Part shown: positions 7,260 through 16,961 of the stretch, piece after piece
Numbering within the stretch: position 1 is the first letter of the stretch
How the letters are laid out: the number at the start of each line of letters is the position of its first letter
Source: an uncultured Micavibrio sp.
GTDB lineage: Bacteria; Pseudomonadota; Alphaproteobacteria; Micavibrionales; Micavibrionaceae
Direction: 5' to 3'
NCBI GenBank assembly: GCA_964624435.1
Contig: CAZUYV010000001.1
Coordinates: 1 to 46,054, forward strand
DNA: 46,054 nt
Program-made: the position numbers and the translations under genes
The notes under the pieces: model-generated
What the model was told of the DNA's origin: nothing
What the model saw: the letters and a program-made list of their open reading frames with translations, nothing else
Databases searched by the model: none

Positions 7260-9010
7260 TAGCTCACCGCGTTCGCTGTTTTAAACACAGCAGCCGAATA
7301 AGCTACGGCAGCACCTGAAACTGTTGCATTCGCATTGCTGTTTACCGTGACCACCAATCCAACGATAGTAATGATTTGCTTAACGCCACTGACTCCGACA
7401 ATGGTTATAAAATTCCCGACCTTCAAACCTGTTACGGTATTTACAGTCAATGAGGACGAACCGGAATTAATACTTCCCGTAACGCCGGATAAGGTTCCTT
7501 GTGTACCTGATGTGGTGCACTCCCATTCTGCAAATCCCCCGGATGTAACGCCTGTATTTATTATCTTATCCCCGATAATCCATGTTCCGTTTGACGGTGT
7601 TGTGCTGCCGTGAGTGATAACAGGGCAACCAAAAATAATATTGCCAACTTCTACATTTCGAGCTATGGAGTTTCCGAATGAACCGAACCCACTTAAATCC
7701 GAAGTGTTTCCTGCATTGACAAACCCTTCACCACCCTCGTTACGGACGATATATTCAGTGATTCTTGCTGTAGAATTCCCTACGACCGACATTTGATCCA
7801 TGTATGTGCTGGATACGCCGTTGTTGATGATTGCGCTCTTGGTGCAATCTGTAACAAGATTGGCGTTTACTACGGCACGATTTCCTTTGCTTGCGAAGAA
7901 TATTCCGTCTCGTACATTTTTTATCGTACACCCCACAATTCCAATATCTTCCACTGTATTCCCGCGCACATCAATACCACGGCTAAAATCCTGCACAGTT
8001 GGATAGAACTTAAAATTCCTGATAGACACACGTTTTCCAAATGTCGAATCTCCAGCAGCCCCTATCTCGATGCCAATTCCGCAAAATTCACCGTCTGTAA
8101 GGACATCTGAAATGATCACATCATTTGCATATACAGAGATTATCGAATACATCTGGCTTGCAAGCGGAAGCATCTGTGCGAAAATCCCTCTTATTTCAAT
8201 ACCGGAAGCCTGCAGTTTTATAGCTCTTTTGGAACATCGGTAAAACCGGCAGTCAGTTACAGACGAATGGACATTCAATGTTGCATCACCACTCGCTGTC
8301 TGAAATACGATGGCATCCCCATCCGCAACAGGAGTAATGTCTGTAAAAAGAGAATTCGAGATGTGGACATTTTGGTAGGTTGTATTTCCTCCCGCATCAT
8401 ACCCCCCTGCCCAGATGCCCCTTGCAATGCCTGTTGCGGCGGCGGAATCAATAGTGTTTATTTCGCTGTGCATGACATAGACATGTGAGGCGCCAGCAGA
8501 AACGATAAGGCCCGTTGCAGCTACAGTGTCGCCCGTTTGCTGCTTGCTTTTTGTGAATACGCATTGAAAGAAGGTAACATTTGATGCCGTGTAACCTACA
8601 TGAACAGTATTGATTGATGTATTATTACCATCAAATGTGATGCCGAAAACATTTATGTTGCTTCCCATTATTTTGAATGTACTTACACCTTTGTTTACGC
8701 CATTTTTGATCGTTGCTTGATAACCTTGAATTGTTATATTACTTGCACTAATAGATATGCGTGGTTGATCAGCGGTTCCAAGGCTATCAGATGCGCTGCC
8801 AATTACGTACACTCCAGGAGGAAAAAACAAAGTTCCTCCGGTAGTCGGTATAGCAGCAAGAGCTCTATTGATATAGGCTGAATCGTCTGTTATGCCGTCC
8901 CCCTTGGCACCATAAGATTTGACATTATATATGATGCCGCCCCATGTTTGCTCATTAATAATTGCGTTAGAAATATTCTGACTCATTAATTCACTCACTG
9001 TTCTCCCCAT
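7259..9010 (-). CDS. Tailspike/depolymerase with a pectate-lyase-type right-handed beta-helix
   Basis: YNVKSYGAKGDGITDDSAYINRALAA...GGTLFFPPGVYVI signature followed by repetitive beta-helix sequence. Confidence 0.75.
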   Translation of the reverse strand: MGRTVSELMSQNISNAIINEQTWGGIIYNVKSYGAKGDGITDDSAYINRALAAIPTTGGTLFFPPGVYVIGSASDSLGTADQPRISISASNITIQGYQATIKNGVNKGVSTFKIMGSNINVFGITFDGNNTSINTVHVGYTASNVTFFQCVFTKSKQQTGDTVAATGLIVSAGASHVYVMHSEINTIDSAAATGIARGIWAGGYDAGGNTTYQNVHISNSLFTDITPVADGDAIVFQTASGDATLNVHSSVTDCRFYRCSKRAIKLQASGIEIRGIFAQMLPLASQMYSIISVYANDVIISDVLTDGEFCGIGIEIGAAGDSTFGKRVSIRNFKFYPTVQDFSRGIDVRGNTVEDIGIVGCTIKNVRDGIFFASKGNRAVVNANLVTDCTKSAIINNGVSSTYMDQMSVVGNSTARITEYIVRNEGGEGFVNAGNTSDLSGFGSFGNSIARNVEVGNIIFGCPVITHGSTTPSNGTWIIGDKIINTGVTSGGFAEWECTTSGTQGTLSGVTGSINSGSSSLTVNTVTGLKVGNFITIVGVSGVKQIITIVGLVVTVNSNANATVSGAAVAYSAAVFKTANAVS

Positions 9011-9022
9011 ATCACCACCACC

Positions 9023-9397
9023 TTATAGGATCGTACAAGCGCCCACGCTGTAGGTTATAGAATCTGTATCTCCGTGCGTCGCCGTAACTCTCCAGTCTAT
9101 AGGCAAAACGTCATTCACCGTAACGTTCGTTGCTGCCGTTGAATCTGGATATATAGTTAGTAGAGTTTTTCCGGTCCCTGTCTTTGCTGCACTTGTGAGC
9201 AGTGTGTAATACTCTCCGCTTAGAAAATCCTTCCCCTCGACGGTGAAAACTACGCTCGGGGTGTCTGAAGCATCCGTAATGTTAATCAGTAACTTAATGC
9301 CTCGACATTGAAGGTTTTCAAATACTTGACTTGATTCTGTCGCAGTCCTTGCCTGACTTTTAAATACTGTTATTCGTTCATTATGGTATGCCCCCAT
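9023..9397 (-). CDS. Head-tail completion/structural protein (124 aa)
   Basis: GGAGGTGGATC SD; located between the capsid gene and the tailspike. Confidence 0.45.
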   Translation of the reverse strand: MGAYHNERITVFKSQARTATESSQVFENLQCRGIKLLINITDASDTPSVVFTVEGKDFLSGEYYTLLTSAAKTGTGKTLLTIYPDSTAATNVTVNDVLPIDWRVTATHGDTDSITYSVGACTIL

Positions 9398-9445
9398 GAT
9401 CCACCTCCAAAAGAATAAGGGAGCTGTAGGAGCCTCCCTGGTTGA

Positions 9446-9910
9446 TTATCTTGAAATCGTTAATGCATAACTTACTGGCATAACCGGTGAGCCGGCGCCG
9501 TCTGAAGCAATTTCTATTACTTGTCCGGCAGTCACTACATTTGCGGCAGTGGGAACGACTGATGAAGCAACGCCTGCTGCTTGTGTGATTGCAATTTCCC
9601 ACGCAGGAGCCGTAACCGTCACCCCGCCAATCTTGGCGAGCAAAGTTGTCTTAACGGTAGTATTGGCGACATTATTAACCGCTGCCAGCTTAACGATTGT
9701 GCCGGCATGAGGAGCGATTACGAAAATGGAGCCGGCTGTATTTGCATCTGCTTGATATCCCGGAACGGTATATTCATTGATTTCTGCTCCCGTTGCATTC
9801 AGTTTCACGCCTCCCTGGTACAGGTTTCCATCTGTATCGATTGCAGTTACAGTTATACCTTCTGCCGTAGGGCTTGATTTCATTTGGAGATTGTCAATTA
9901 ATTTAGTCAT
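9446..9910 (-). CDS. Structural protein (154 aa), A/V/T-rich
   Basis: GGAGGGG SD; immediately downstream of the capsid gene. Confidence 0.5.
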   Translation of the reverse strand: MTKLIDNLQMKSSPTAEGITVTAIDTDGNLYQGGVKLNATGAEINEYTVPGYQADANTAGSIFVIAPHAGTIVKLAAVNNVANTTVKTTLLAKIGGVTVTAPAWEIAITQAAGVASSVVPTAANVVTAGQVIEIASDGAGSPVMPVSYALTISR

Positions 9911-9921
9911 TCAAACCCCTC

Positions 9922-10815
9922 CTATGCTCCCTGGCTGGCTACAAGGCCGCGTGGATCGATGTAACCAACGTCATAACGTGTTACGCCGTACATGAAGAAG
10001 TCGATTGTCTTGGGCAGCGTCTGCGAATCATAGAAAGGACGCTCCCTCCATTTGAACATGAGGTTTTCAATATTGGGATCCTTGATGCCCCATGTGTCTC
10101 CGGTGATGTAGTCCATGATGACCGGCTGCAAGCCCTCGATTACATTCTTGGTGTTGGATAATTCAAAGGCTTGGTTGGTGGACTTGGTGATTTCCAACAC
10201 CGTGAATTCCAATTCCGGACCGGCAAACAACTTCTTCCCGCGCGCTTGGATCAATACGCCGGCTTCGTTGACCTGTTGGCGCATAAGCGTCATGGCCAGT
10301 TTCAGATTGGTTGGTGTCAAGGCGCCTGTCAGGAGATTAACCAGTACATCCGAAGAGTCTGTTAAAGGGTGATCATTGGCAAATAGCGCCTTTCCATCAT
10401 AACCGGTGTTCGAAAACCCGTTGTTTATGACATCAGCTGCGTCAGTTTCCAACGTGGCGCGTAGACCGCGGCCTAATTCCTGGGCTGTCATTCCTTTACC
10501 GCGACCACCCAGAACGCCATACAAATCGTCCTTCGTGAGCTCCCACGTGATGGAATAACCTTTATCCCGGCGTTGCGCTGTGAAAGTCGCTGTGTCACCT
10601 TCGTTGATTTCGTCTTCGTTGATTGTGTTACCTTCGGTATTGGTTCCCCATAGGCCGAACGCTCCGATATGCGGATAGGTTTCAGTCGCTTTCACCATGT
10701 TTCCGATTTGGAATAGTGCCGGATACTGCTCAGGAACTTGGTTATAGCTGTCGTTAATGATTTTCTTGTGAATCGGAGTGAGCAAGTCTTGAAAATTATC
10801 TCTGGTTAATTTCAT
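9922..10815 (-). CDS. Major capsid protein (HK97-fold type inferred)
   Basis: 297 aa, follows the scaffold gene and a small head protein; strong SD AAGGGGGAAC. Confidence 0.75.
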   Translation of the reverse strand: MKLTRDNFQDLLTPIHKKIINDSYNQVPEQYPALFQIGNMVKATETYPHIGAFGLWGTNTEGNTINEDEINEGDTATFTAQRRDKGYSITWELTKDDLYGVLGGRGKGMTAQELGRGLRATLETDAADVINNGFSNTGYDGKALFANDHPLTDSSDVLVNLLTGALTPTNLKLAMTLMRQQVNEAGVLIQARGKKLFAGPELEFTVLEITKSTNQAFELSNTKNVIEGLQPVIMDYITGDTWGIKDPNIENLMFKWRERPFYDSQTLPKTIDFFMYGVTRYDVGYIDPRGLVASQGA

Positions 10816-10829
10816 TTGTCAGTTCCCCC

Positions 10830-11276
10830 TTATGTCAATTGAACGCGGTTTTTGATTGAAAAATTGCCGCGACTCGGTTTATTTGGTACTAATCCCATAA
10901 GCTCCAGTACGCCGCCAGTTGTATCGTCCAAGTCCGCAGAGTATGCATTCAAGCAGTCGAATACGGATCCGATATCAGAAGCTGTCAGCGTAGTCTTTGA
11001 TCCAGTGGTATTGTGTGGCATTTCATAGACGGACATCGGATTCACATCAATTTTAATAACGTCCGCCGCAGTTACAGTGCCACCGGTTGTTATAGCTTGA
11101 TAAGCCACGCCCCAGACTGTACCAGCTGACGGTGCATCTCCGATTACACTCGCTTTACCTGTTGTCTTGACCACAAGCGAACCCTTTACAATCGTCTGAT
11201 TGATATTAACCGGTACATCTTTTAAAATAGGGCCCGATCCATCTAGGCTCCCGGAGTAAACCATTCTTTGTGCCAT
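10830..11276 (-). CDS. Small head protein (decoration/DUF2190-like pattern)
   Basis: 148 aa between scaffold and capsid; G/V/T-rich with a GVAYQAI-type motif. Confidence 0.4.
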   Translation of the reverse strand: MAQRMVYSGSLDGSGPILKDVPVNINQTIVKGSLVVKTTGKASVIGDAPSAGTVWGVAYQAITTGGTVTAADVIKIDVNPMSVYEMPHNTTGSKTTLTASDIGSVFDCLNAYSADLDDTTGGVLELMGLVPNKPSRGNFSIKNRVQLT

Positions 11277-11287
11277 GTGTCATAACC

Positions 11288-12148
11288 TCACTTTTTCTTG
11301 TTTTTGTAGTAATCCGCTTCCGATATGCCGGCTAATTTTGCAATCGCCCGTTCGTCTGCGGTCAGTTCGATTTTTTGTTTCTTCGCACCTTCACCGCTTG
11401 GGGTTGGGTCAATTTTGACTTTGTTCTTCTTGGCTTGGCTGTTCTTCAAACGCTGCTCGACTTCGGTTTCATATTCCTTCATGCGGACTCTGCCGCGCTT
11501 GGACATATAGACTTCTTCAAGTGTTTGGCCTGTTCTGGCTGCAATCGGTTCGAATTCTTCCCGGTAATCTTCGATATCTGCAAAGAAAGCGTCAGCTTTG
11601 AGGGTTTTAACCTCATTGTCAAACCCTTGCTTTTGCAGCTTCTTCTCCATATCCGTTAGCCGGTTACGGTCCTCGATGCTTGCCAGTGCTTGTTGTGGCG
11701 TGATTCCTCTGTCCTTGGCGATTTGATTGGCCTCCAAGATGTCCAAATGCTGTTGGAGCTCGTCCAGATTGGTTAGTCCGGTCATTTTCAGCATTTTTTC
11801 GATCAATGGATTGGATTTGCTCGTGGTTTTCGTCGCTTCCTCAAGCTTGGCCTGCCATTTCTTTCGCTCCTGGATAACTGCGTTGGCTGTTGGATTCTTA
11901 TCCTGTTGTTCTGTTTTAACTGTTGTTTCTTTTGTTTCAGTTCCATCTTTTGTTCCTTCTGCATCCTCTTCATCTTCAAGTTCTTCGTCCAGATCATCAT
12001 CCTCGTCCGGGATTTCAATAGCTCCGTCATCCGTTTGAATGGGTTCACTCCGCTCGTTATCATCGATTTCAAACGTCTCTCCATCGACCACAACGGTTTG
12101 TTCTCCGGCGAATAATTGAAGGTTTAAAGGGAATCTGAATTTTGACAT
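11288..12148 (-). CDS. Capsid scaffolding protein (DUF4355-like)
   Basis: N-terminal PLNLQLFAGE motif typical of Firmicute phage scaffolds; acidic tract and coiled coil. Confidence 0.75.
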   Translation of the reverse strand: MSKFRFPLNLQLFAGEQTVVVDGETFEIDDNERSEPIQTDDGAIEIPDEDDDLDEELEDEEDAEGTKDGTETKETTVKTEQQDKNPTANAVIQERKKWQAKLEEATKTTSKSNPLIEKMLKMTGLTNLDELQQHLDILEANQIAKDRGITPQQALASIEDRNRLTDMEKKLQKQGFDNEVKTLKADAFFADIEDYREEFEPIAARTGQTLEEVYMSKRGRVRMKEYETEVEQRLKNSQAKKNKVKIDPTPSGEGAKKQKIELTADERAIAKLAGISEADYYKNKKK

Positions 12149-12270
12149 GTAACTTCCTCCTTGGTTTTAACGCGAACCCTCGAATGTGCTATTTTTCGCA
12201 TGAATAGATAACACGGATGTTTTGGGCGGTCTTTTCTGACCGAAGCATTGTTCTGAGCCACAATGAAGGC

Positions 12271-12297
12271 AAAAGAAAAAGCCGCCTATTCAGCGAC
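12271..12297 (-). terminator. Weak intrinsic terminator/attenuator upstream of the scaffold gene
   Basis: GUCGC-UGAAUAG-GCGGC followed by UUUUUCUUUU on the minus strand; the stop codon lies in the loop. Confidence 0.35.
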
Positions 12298-12687
12298 TTG
12301 TATAGCTAGTTCCCTTAATCTGGGCTCGCCCCATTGTGGGACATACTCGATTTCCTTGCTGTCCAGGAACGCTCTAAGCTGCGTCTTATCCATTCCATTG
12401 AATCGGGAGGTATCCATGTTCGCAACCTTTTCTGTTTCCTCTTGCGGCTGTTCTACGTCTTCTCTGAGGCTTATGGTAAGCACTCGATAAGTGTTGTGTT
12501 CTGGCTTTAGCCATAGAACGTATCTCTTTCGGCATTCCGGGCAATCGGCAAAGCTGAAGCTCTTGGCATTCCCGCCGTATAGCCTATGGTCATTCGTTCC
12601 AAGAGCTTTCATTTGATTCATCATTGGAACCTTGATATCTCTTGCGGTAAAGGTATGATCACAACACTTTAATCCTAAAGCTTTCAT
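12286..12687 (-). CDS. 133-aa Cys-rich protein with a C-terminal HeH/SAP-like motif
   Basis: KCCDH...CPEC motif; C-terminal MDKTQLRAFLDSKEIEY...LRELAIQV. Confidence 0.55.
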   Translation of the reverse strand: MKALGLKCCDHTFTARDIKVPMMNQMKALGTNDHRLYGGNAKSFSFADCPECRKRYVLWLKPEHNTYRVLTISLREDVEQPQEETEKVANMDTSRFNGMDKTQLRAFLDSKEIEYVPQWGEPRLRELAIQVAE

Positions 12688-12689
12688 AT

Positions 12690-12932
12690 TTACCTCCTGT
12701 ATAGTTTTTCTTCCATGTATTCATAGAAAGTTAATGTTGCCTTGAATGTGCGGTGACAATTTGGACAGTGGGACCGCTTTTCTTCTGTCCATCCTTGATC
12801 CCTCAAAGCTATTTTCTCGCATCCCGGGCACATTGGATGATTCTTATACTTCACCGGTATCTTATCGATCCATGGGTGCGACAATGCATAACTTAAAAAG
12901 TCCTGCGGCGCCAAATCTTCGACATCTAACAA
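12690..12932 (-). CDS. 80-aa zinc-ribbon protein
   Basis: CPGC...CPNC motif. Confidence 0.55.
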   Translation of the reverse strand: MLDVEDLAPQDFLSYALSHPWIDKIPVKYKNHPMCPGCEKIALRDQGWTEEKRSHCPNCHRTFKATLTFYEYMEEKLYRR

Positions 12933-14837
12933 TTATATCACCCCTCTCAAAGCAGGAGCCCCGCCTTGTGTCAAGCCTTGTACGTTGGCATTTGGCACTT
13001 GGCCCGGAGCCATTGGCCCTTGAATACCTAACTCCATCATCAATTCAGGAGGCAGGTTTTCTTCAACCGGCAGGCCGGCATATTCGCGTATCAATTTACG
13101 ATACTCCTGTAAGCTTATAGCTTTATCCCTACGCGCTTCTTTGATCAGGTTATATACAAATGCCTTATTGCTCGGTAAACCTGCCCCAACGCTCACCGTG
13201 ACGTTCAGAGCTATCTTTTTAGTGATAGCTTCACCTTTTTCGTCAGTTAATGGCATGTATTTAGGTGCAGCTTCTGAATTAGGCATCGTTTTCAGGAAAT
13301 TGGTCTTATACGATTCGTTCGCCGGTATCAATTGCGGTATATTCAACATATCGCTTGGACGGAAGAAATCAAACTCTCCAGGCTTCTCGGTGACTTCGAA
13401 GAACTCCTGCTCATCCCAGTAATACATGCAAAGCTCGAAGCAATACGCGAACATATCCGCCATCGTTTCCTCAAGCAGCAATTTAGAATGATTGATACCT
13501 TGAGAACCTCCCTGCTGCAACGATAGGGATTCTGTAGCTGTGTCCACCCCTTCTTGCTTGACCCCGTTCATTTGATCACTGAACCTCGTTTGAATCTGCC
13601 GCTCCTGGAAAGCTTGATTCCTGCGATTGATCACATATTGAGGCATTGCGGAAGGCTGAACGAGCTTCCAATCTTCTACTGAATCGGCGGTTACGTTTAA
13701 TCCCGGTTCATTCGTCCACTTATCTGGGTCAATCCCCGAATTGGCGCCAATGATTTTTTGAACATTTCCAGTCATGCGAGCATTGATCCTGATTTGATCA
13801 TCCAGATCATCAATCAGATCCTGCGTATTGGTCAGTAACTCCGAGCTCGACTTTGCCCACACCGTGCCGTCCCTTGCCATATCCGGTGTTGCAAAGTAGG
13901 GGTACAAGGTTGAAGGGAATATCGCTTCCCCTGTCTCATCTTCTTCCTCTTGCTTTTTGGTATCGCTCAGGATCACTCCGCAACCGCTCATTTGAATCAA
14001 GCGCAAGCGCAACTCTTTGGTTTTCTTTCCCTCTTCGTTGGTTGACTTCTTCCAGTATCGAGTGAAGATGAACATATGCAGGTAACTGTCATGACTGATT
14101 TCGTCAGTGTCCCCGTCCTCCTCGCCGAATAAGAATTCAGCTTCCATCGGATGATATCCCGGTTGGATCGCATCAACCAGCTCTTCGTTGAAGTTGTCAC
14201 GCGCAAAGGCGAGTGATTTATTGACACCTTCCAAAGCAAACCTGCCTTCTTGAATCTCGTAAATGTCCGTAACAGCTGGATCAAAGAATACATAGGCCGG
14301 ATGGCAAGTCTTGATAATCGGCAAACCCATGCCATCCAAGCAATCGGGATCAAACAGAACTCTGAATATGCCGGTCCCGTACTTCTTACGCCGGCGCTCA
14401 TGTACATCCAACTTACGTTTAAGCTTGTTCTGATCCTTCACGAACTCCATTGTGATTCTAGCCCTGTTTGCAAATGGGACGTCACTGGCGCCTCGTGGCG
14501 TGGCTGTAATGGCAATGTTCTGCTCGACCAAGTAGCCGACCTGTCCTTCAACATTCGGATTGACGATGTTCGTATTGGATCCCGGGTCGCTGTCACTCTC
14601 GGGAGGATGTGCTTCACCTTCCCAGTACAGGTCAATCATTTCCCATTTATCAAACAATCCTCGCGCTTCCTTATCGCCGTGACCGCTGCGGTACCATCGC
14701 AAGAACTCTTTGGCTTCTTCGCGCTCGGATTCGCTCATGACCTTCTCTTTCTTGATGTCATAGGCGCTCTGATTGGTTTTGAAGGGATACTCTTTATCTA
14801 ATTCATTCACTGTTGCAGCTCCTTTCAACATCCCCAT
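12933..14837 (-). CDS. Portal protein
   Basis: 634-aa ORF between TerL and the scaffold; size and position are typical of a portal. Confidence 0.75.
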   Translation of the reverse strand: MGMLKGAATVNELDKEYPFKTNQSAYDIKKEKVMSESEREEAKEFLRWYRSGHGDKEARGLFDKWEMIDLYWEGEAHPPESDSDPGSNTNIVNPNVEGQVGYLVEQNIAITATPRGASDVPFANRARITMEFVKDQNKLKRKLDVHERRRKKYGTGIFRVLFDPDCLDGMGLPIIKTCHPAYVFFDPAVTDIYEIQEGRFALEGVNKSLAFARDNFNEELVDAIQPGYHPMEAEFLFGEEDGDTDEISHDSYLHMFIFTRYWKKSTNEEGKKTKELRLRLIQMSGCGVILSDTKKQEEEDETGEAIFPSTLYPYFATPDMARDGTVWAKSSSELLTNTQDLIDDLDDQIRINARMTGNVQKIIGANSGIDPDKWTNEPGLNVTADSVEDWKLVQPSAMPQYVINRRNQAFQERQIQTRFSDQMNGVKQEGVDTATESLSLQQGGSQGINHSKLLLEETMADMFAYCFELCMYYWDEQEFFEVTEKPGEFDFFRPSDMLNIPQLIPANESYKTNFLKTMPNSEAAPKYMPLTDEKGEAITKKIALNVTVSVGAGLPSNKAFVYNLIKEARRDKAISLQEYRKLIREYAGLPVEENLPPELMMELGIQGPMAPGQVPNANVQGLTQGGAPALRGVI

Positions 14838-15058
14838 TTTTCTTCAATCGGAAATACCGGAAGCCCTACATAGTATGGGACACCTCCAGAAACCACTAAA
14901 ATTGGTCTATCGCAATCGTCACATCGCCAGGTGTCATCTTCGGCAAAGTGCAGTTTATTTAAATACTCATGATGACCACACTTACAAATAATTCGGCAAC
15001 CCCAATCAATGTAATTTCCTGCACCTAACTTTACCTTAATTGTTTTCGTTCGATTCAT
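14825..15058 (-). CDS. 77-aa zinc-binding protein
   Basis: CKCGHH...CDDC motif. Confidence 0.5.
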   Translation of the reverse strand: MNRTKTIKVKLGAGNYIDWGCRIICKCGHHEYLNKLHFAEDDTWRCDDCDRPILVVSGGVPYYVGLPVFPIEEKWGC

Positions 15059-15061
15059 GGG

Positions 15062-15313
15062 TTACCTCCCCACTTCCACGCCATCCTTTTTCTCGCCTTT
15101 CGGTTTGACGGGCGCATACAAATTACTATCCTTCGTCTTGAACCTCGTATACTCTTCCCGTGTAGGCCGTAAAGCATTGCGAAGGTTAGGCTTCACGCGC
15201 TTCATCATGACCGTTTCTTCCTGCTGCTTGGCTGAACCCTTAACCTTGACTGTAAAGTAACACAGCGCGTATCCTGCGATGAATACGAGCAGGTATATGA
15301 TGGACTCGATCAT
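15062..15313 (-). CDS. 83-aa single-pass membrane protein
   Basis: Start MIESIIYLLVFIAGYALCYF at 15313, coupled by an ATGA overlap to the upstream ORF; the listed start at 15361 would overlap that ORF. Confidence 0.5.
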   Translation of the reverse strand: MIESIIYLLVFIAGYALCYFTVKVKGSAKQQEETVMMKRVKPNLRNALRPTREEYTRFKTKDSNLYAPVKPKGEKKDGVEVGR

Positions 15314-15468
15314 GTCTTTACGACCTCCACATACTGAGCTACATAGCCGCATGCGTTGCATACATGATGGTACATGCGTCTCGGCTTATGCTTTTCAGTC
15401 TTCACGAATCCCGAATCATTCTTGGCTTTCACTACATCATTCGATTGGCACGCTACACATTTTGTCAT
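15310..15468 (-). CDS. 52-aa zinc-ribbon protein (below the ORF-track cutoff)
   Basis: MTKCVACQSN...CNACGY; its ATG overlaps the TerL stop (TAATG). Confidence 0.5.
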   Translation of the reverse strand: MTKCVACQSNDVVKAKNDSGFVKTEKHKPRRMYHHVCNACGYVAQYVEVVKT

Positions 15469-16961
15469 TATTTCACCTTCCTAATTGCGTTTTTGGCTTG
15501 CTTCAAGTCTTCCAGTTCGCTTTTGGTATAGAAGCCTTCACGTTCCTTCTGCTTCTCCGGCAGCATGCCGACGATTAACTCTTCAACGTCTGCCATGCAA
15601 TCAATCAGATCGTCTGTGCGGCCTCGTGGAAACATGGTGAGCTCATCTTCAATCTCTTTCATGTCCTCGCCAATAAAATAAGCTCCGTTCTCGAAGACCG
15701 GAGCCAAGCGTAATTCAATTCGATCCTCTTTGGATTGTCTGGACCGTTTCATTTCCGTAATGCCAATGAAGTAATTTTGTTTTCGCATTTCCTCTTTGAG
15801 GAAGAATAGCAACGACTTCTGATAGGCCACCGTTTCGATAGTCGACTTCTTTGGCTGATACTTGCGATGTAGCCGAAAGAACTCTTTAATGAACTCGCCA
15901 GGCGTCAAATGCTCCCTCACAAACTCGATAGTGTAGCGGTTGCGTTCCTGGTCCACTCCAGTGATCATGAGCACATTGTAGTCGCTGCCCTCACTATCGC
16001 CGGCTAAGTCTGTCGTGAGATAGTAATTCAATCTATGCGGCAACGTCTTCCACTTCTGGAACCACTCTCGCTTAAACTTGGCTCTCTCATCATCCACCGG
16101 CTCATTGTCATACTGGCATGAATAGATGTACGATCCTTGCTCTCTTCGAATGTCTTTCAAATCTTCAAGAGTGTATTTGTTCGGATAAATCGGCTTTCCA
16201 TTCTCGATTGCCTTGCGCTTGTAGATCAGATAACTCTCTGGATTCAATTCGATGTCACCGTACAGGTCATTGTAATGCCAACGTGTACCTATGATGTCAA
16301 TGTATCCTCCTGGCTCCAGCAGCGAGAACGTTGTCTTGTACCAGTTCTTCGTCTTCTCCATCTGTTCTTTTGTTGTTACAGTTTCCTTATTGACAATATC
16401 ATCAAACTTCATCCAGTCGTAATGCCTGGATGTAAGTGAAGTTTCCGTGCCGGCTGTTTCAATCGTATGTTCTTTGGCTTTACTCGTTCTCAACTCTCTG
16501 GGAGCTCGTATAATATCCTCGTTCCACTTCTCCCATTTCTCGCTAGCCCATTCAGGAAACAGCCACCTGAACAATTCGTTCTTTTCGAAATGCTCTTTGA
16601 TTTCCTTCAGAAACCCTTTTGCCAGTGAGTTAGAGCCCGAACCGATTAAGCCACGCGTGTTAGGGTCGTTCAGAATACGCTTAATGCTATCCCCAACGTT
16701 TAGGATCGTCGATTTCAAATGTCCGCGAGGTATTAAGAACAATTTCTTTTTGATATCCTTCCGCTGTACGTTCTCGGTTAGGTCCCAATGCACATTTATA
16801 TCAAGCGGCGGCGTTTGAGGATTGTTCACATCCCTTAGTATCGCATCACATAAAAAAAAGAGATCTGATTTAGCTCTTTCCCTCAGATACTCCCTTAGCT
16901 GCGATTCGGGTAATGATTGCAGATATTCCGCTAATTGTTCCTCTGTCGATTGAATGCTCAT
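15468..16961 (-). CDS. terL: Terminase large subunit
   Basis: 497 aa; Walker-A-like LIPRGHLKST and a C-terminal nuclease-type region; located downstream of TerS. Confidence 0.85.
   Translation of the reverse strand: MSIQSTEEQLAEYLQSLPESQLREYLRERAKSDLFFLCDAILRDVNNPQTPPLDINVHWDLTENVQRKDIKKKLFLIPRGHLKSTILNVGDSIKRILNDPNTRGLIGSGSNSLAKGFLKEIKEHFEKNELFRWLFPEWASEKWEKWNEDIIRAPRELRTSKAKEHTIETAGTETSLTSRHYDWMKFDDIVNKETVTTKEQMEKTKNWYKTTFSLLEPGGYIDIIGTRWHYNDLYGDIELNPESYLIYKRKAIENGKPIYPNKYTLEDLKDIRREQGSYIYSCQYDNEPVDDERAKFKREWFQKWKTLPHRLNYYLTTDLAGDSEGSDYNVLMITGVDQERNRYTIEFVREHLTPGEFIKEFFRLHRKYQPKKSTIETVAYQKSLLFFLKEEMRKQNYFIGITEMKRSRQSKEDRIELRLAPVFENGAYFIGEDMKEIEDELTMFPRGRTDDLIDCMADVEELIVGMLPEKQKEREGFYTKSELEDLKQAKNAIRKVK

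Noticed and set aside
9381-9602. 73-aa minus-strand ORF bridging two structural genes
   Set aside because: It is out of frame and overlaps both 9446..9910 and 9023..9397. It is Arg/Cys-rich and has no SD.
14250-14801. 183-aa plus-strand ORF, with similar ones at 13997..14407 (minus, out of frame), 7793..8110, 11727..12038, 16447..16818, 24528..24944, 25008..25418 and 27737..28129
   Set aside because: All lie entirely inside long, well-supported minus-strand genes (portal, tailspike, scaffold, terL and others). They lack an SD and have low-complexity or odd composition such as poly-Ser and Cys/Phe-rich runs. They are antisense or alternate-frame shadow ORFs.
16870-16961. 92-nt terS/terL overlap as evidence of a frameshift or mis-assembly
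   Set aside because: Both frames are open and both proteins look complete. No slippery sequence was noticed. Either the overlap is genuine, or terL uses a non-ATG start that cannot be resolved by eye.
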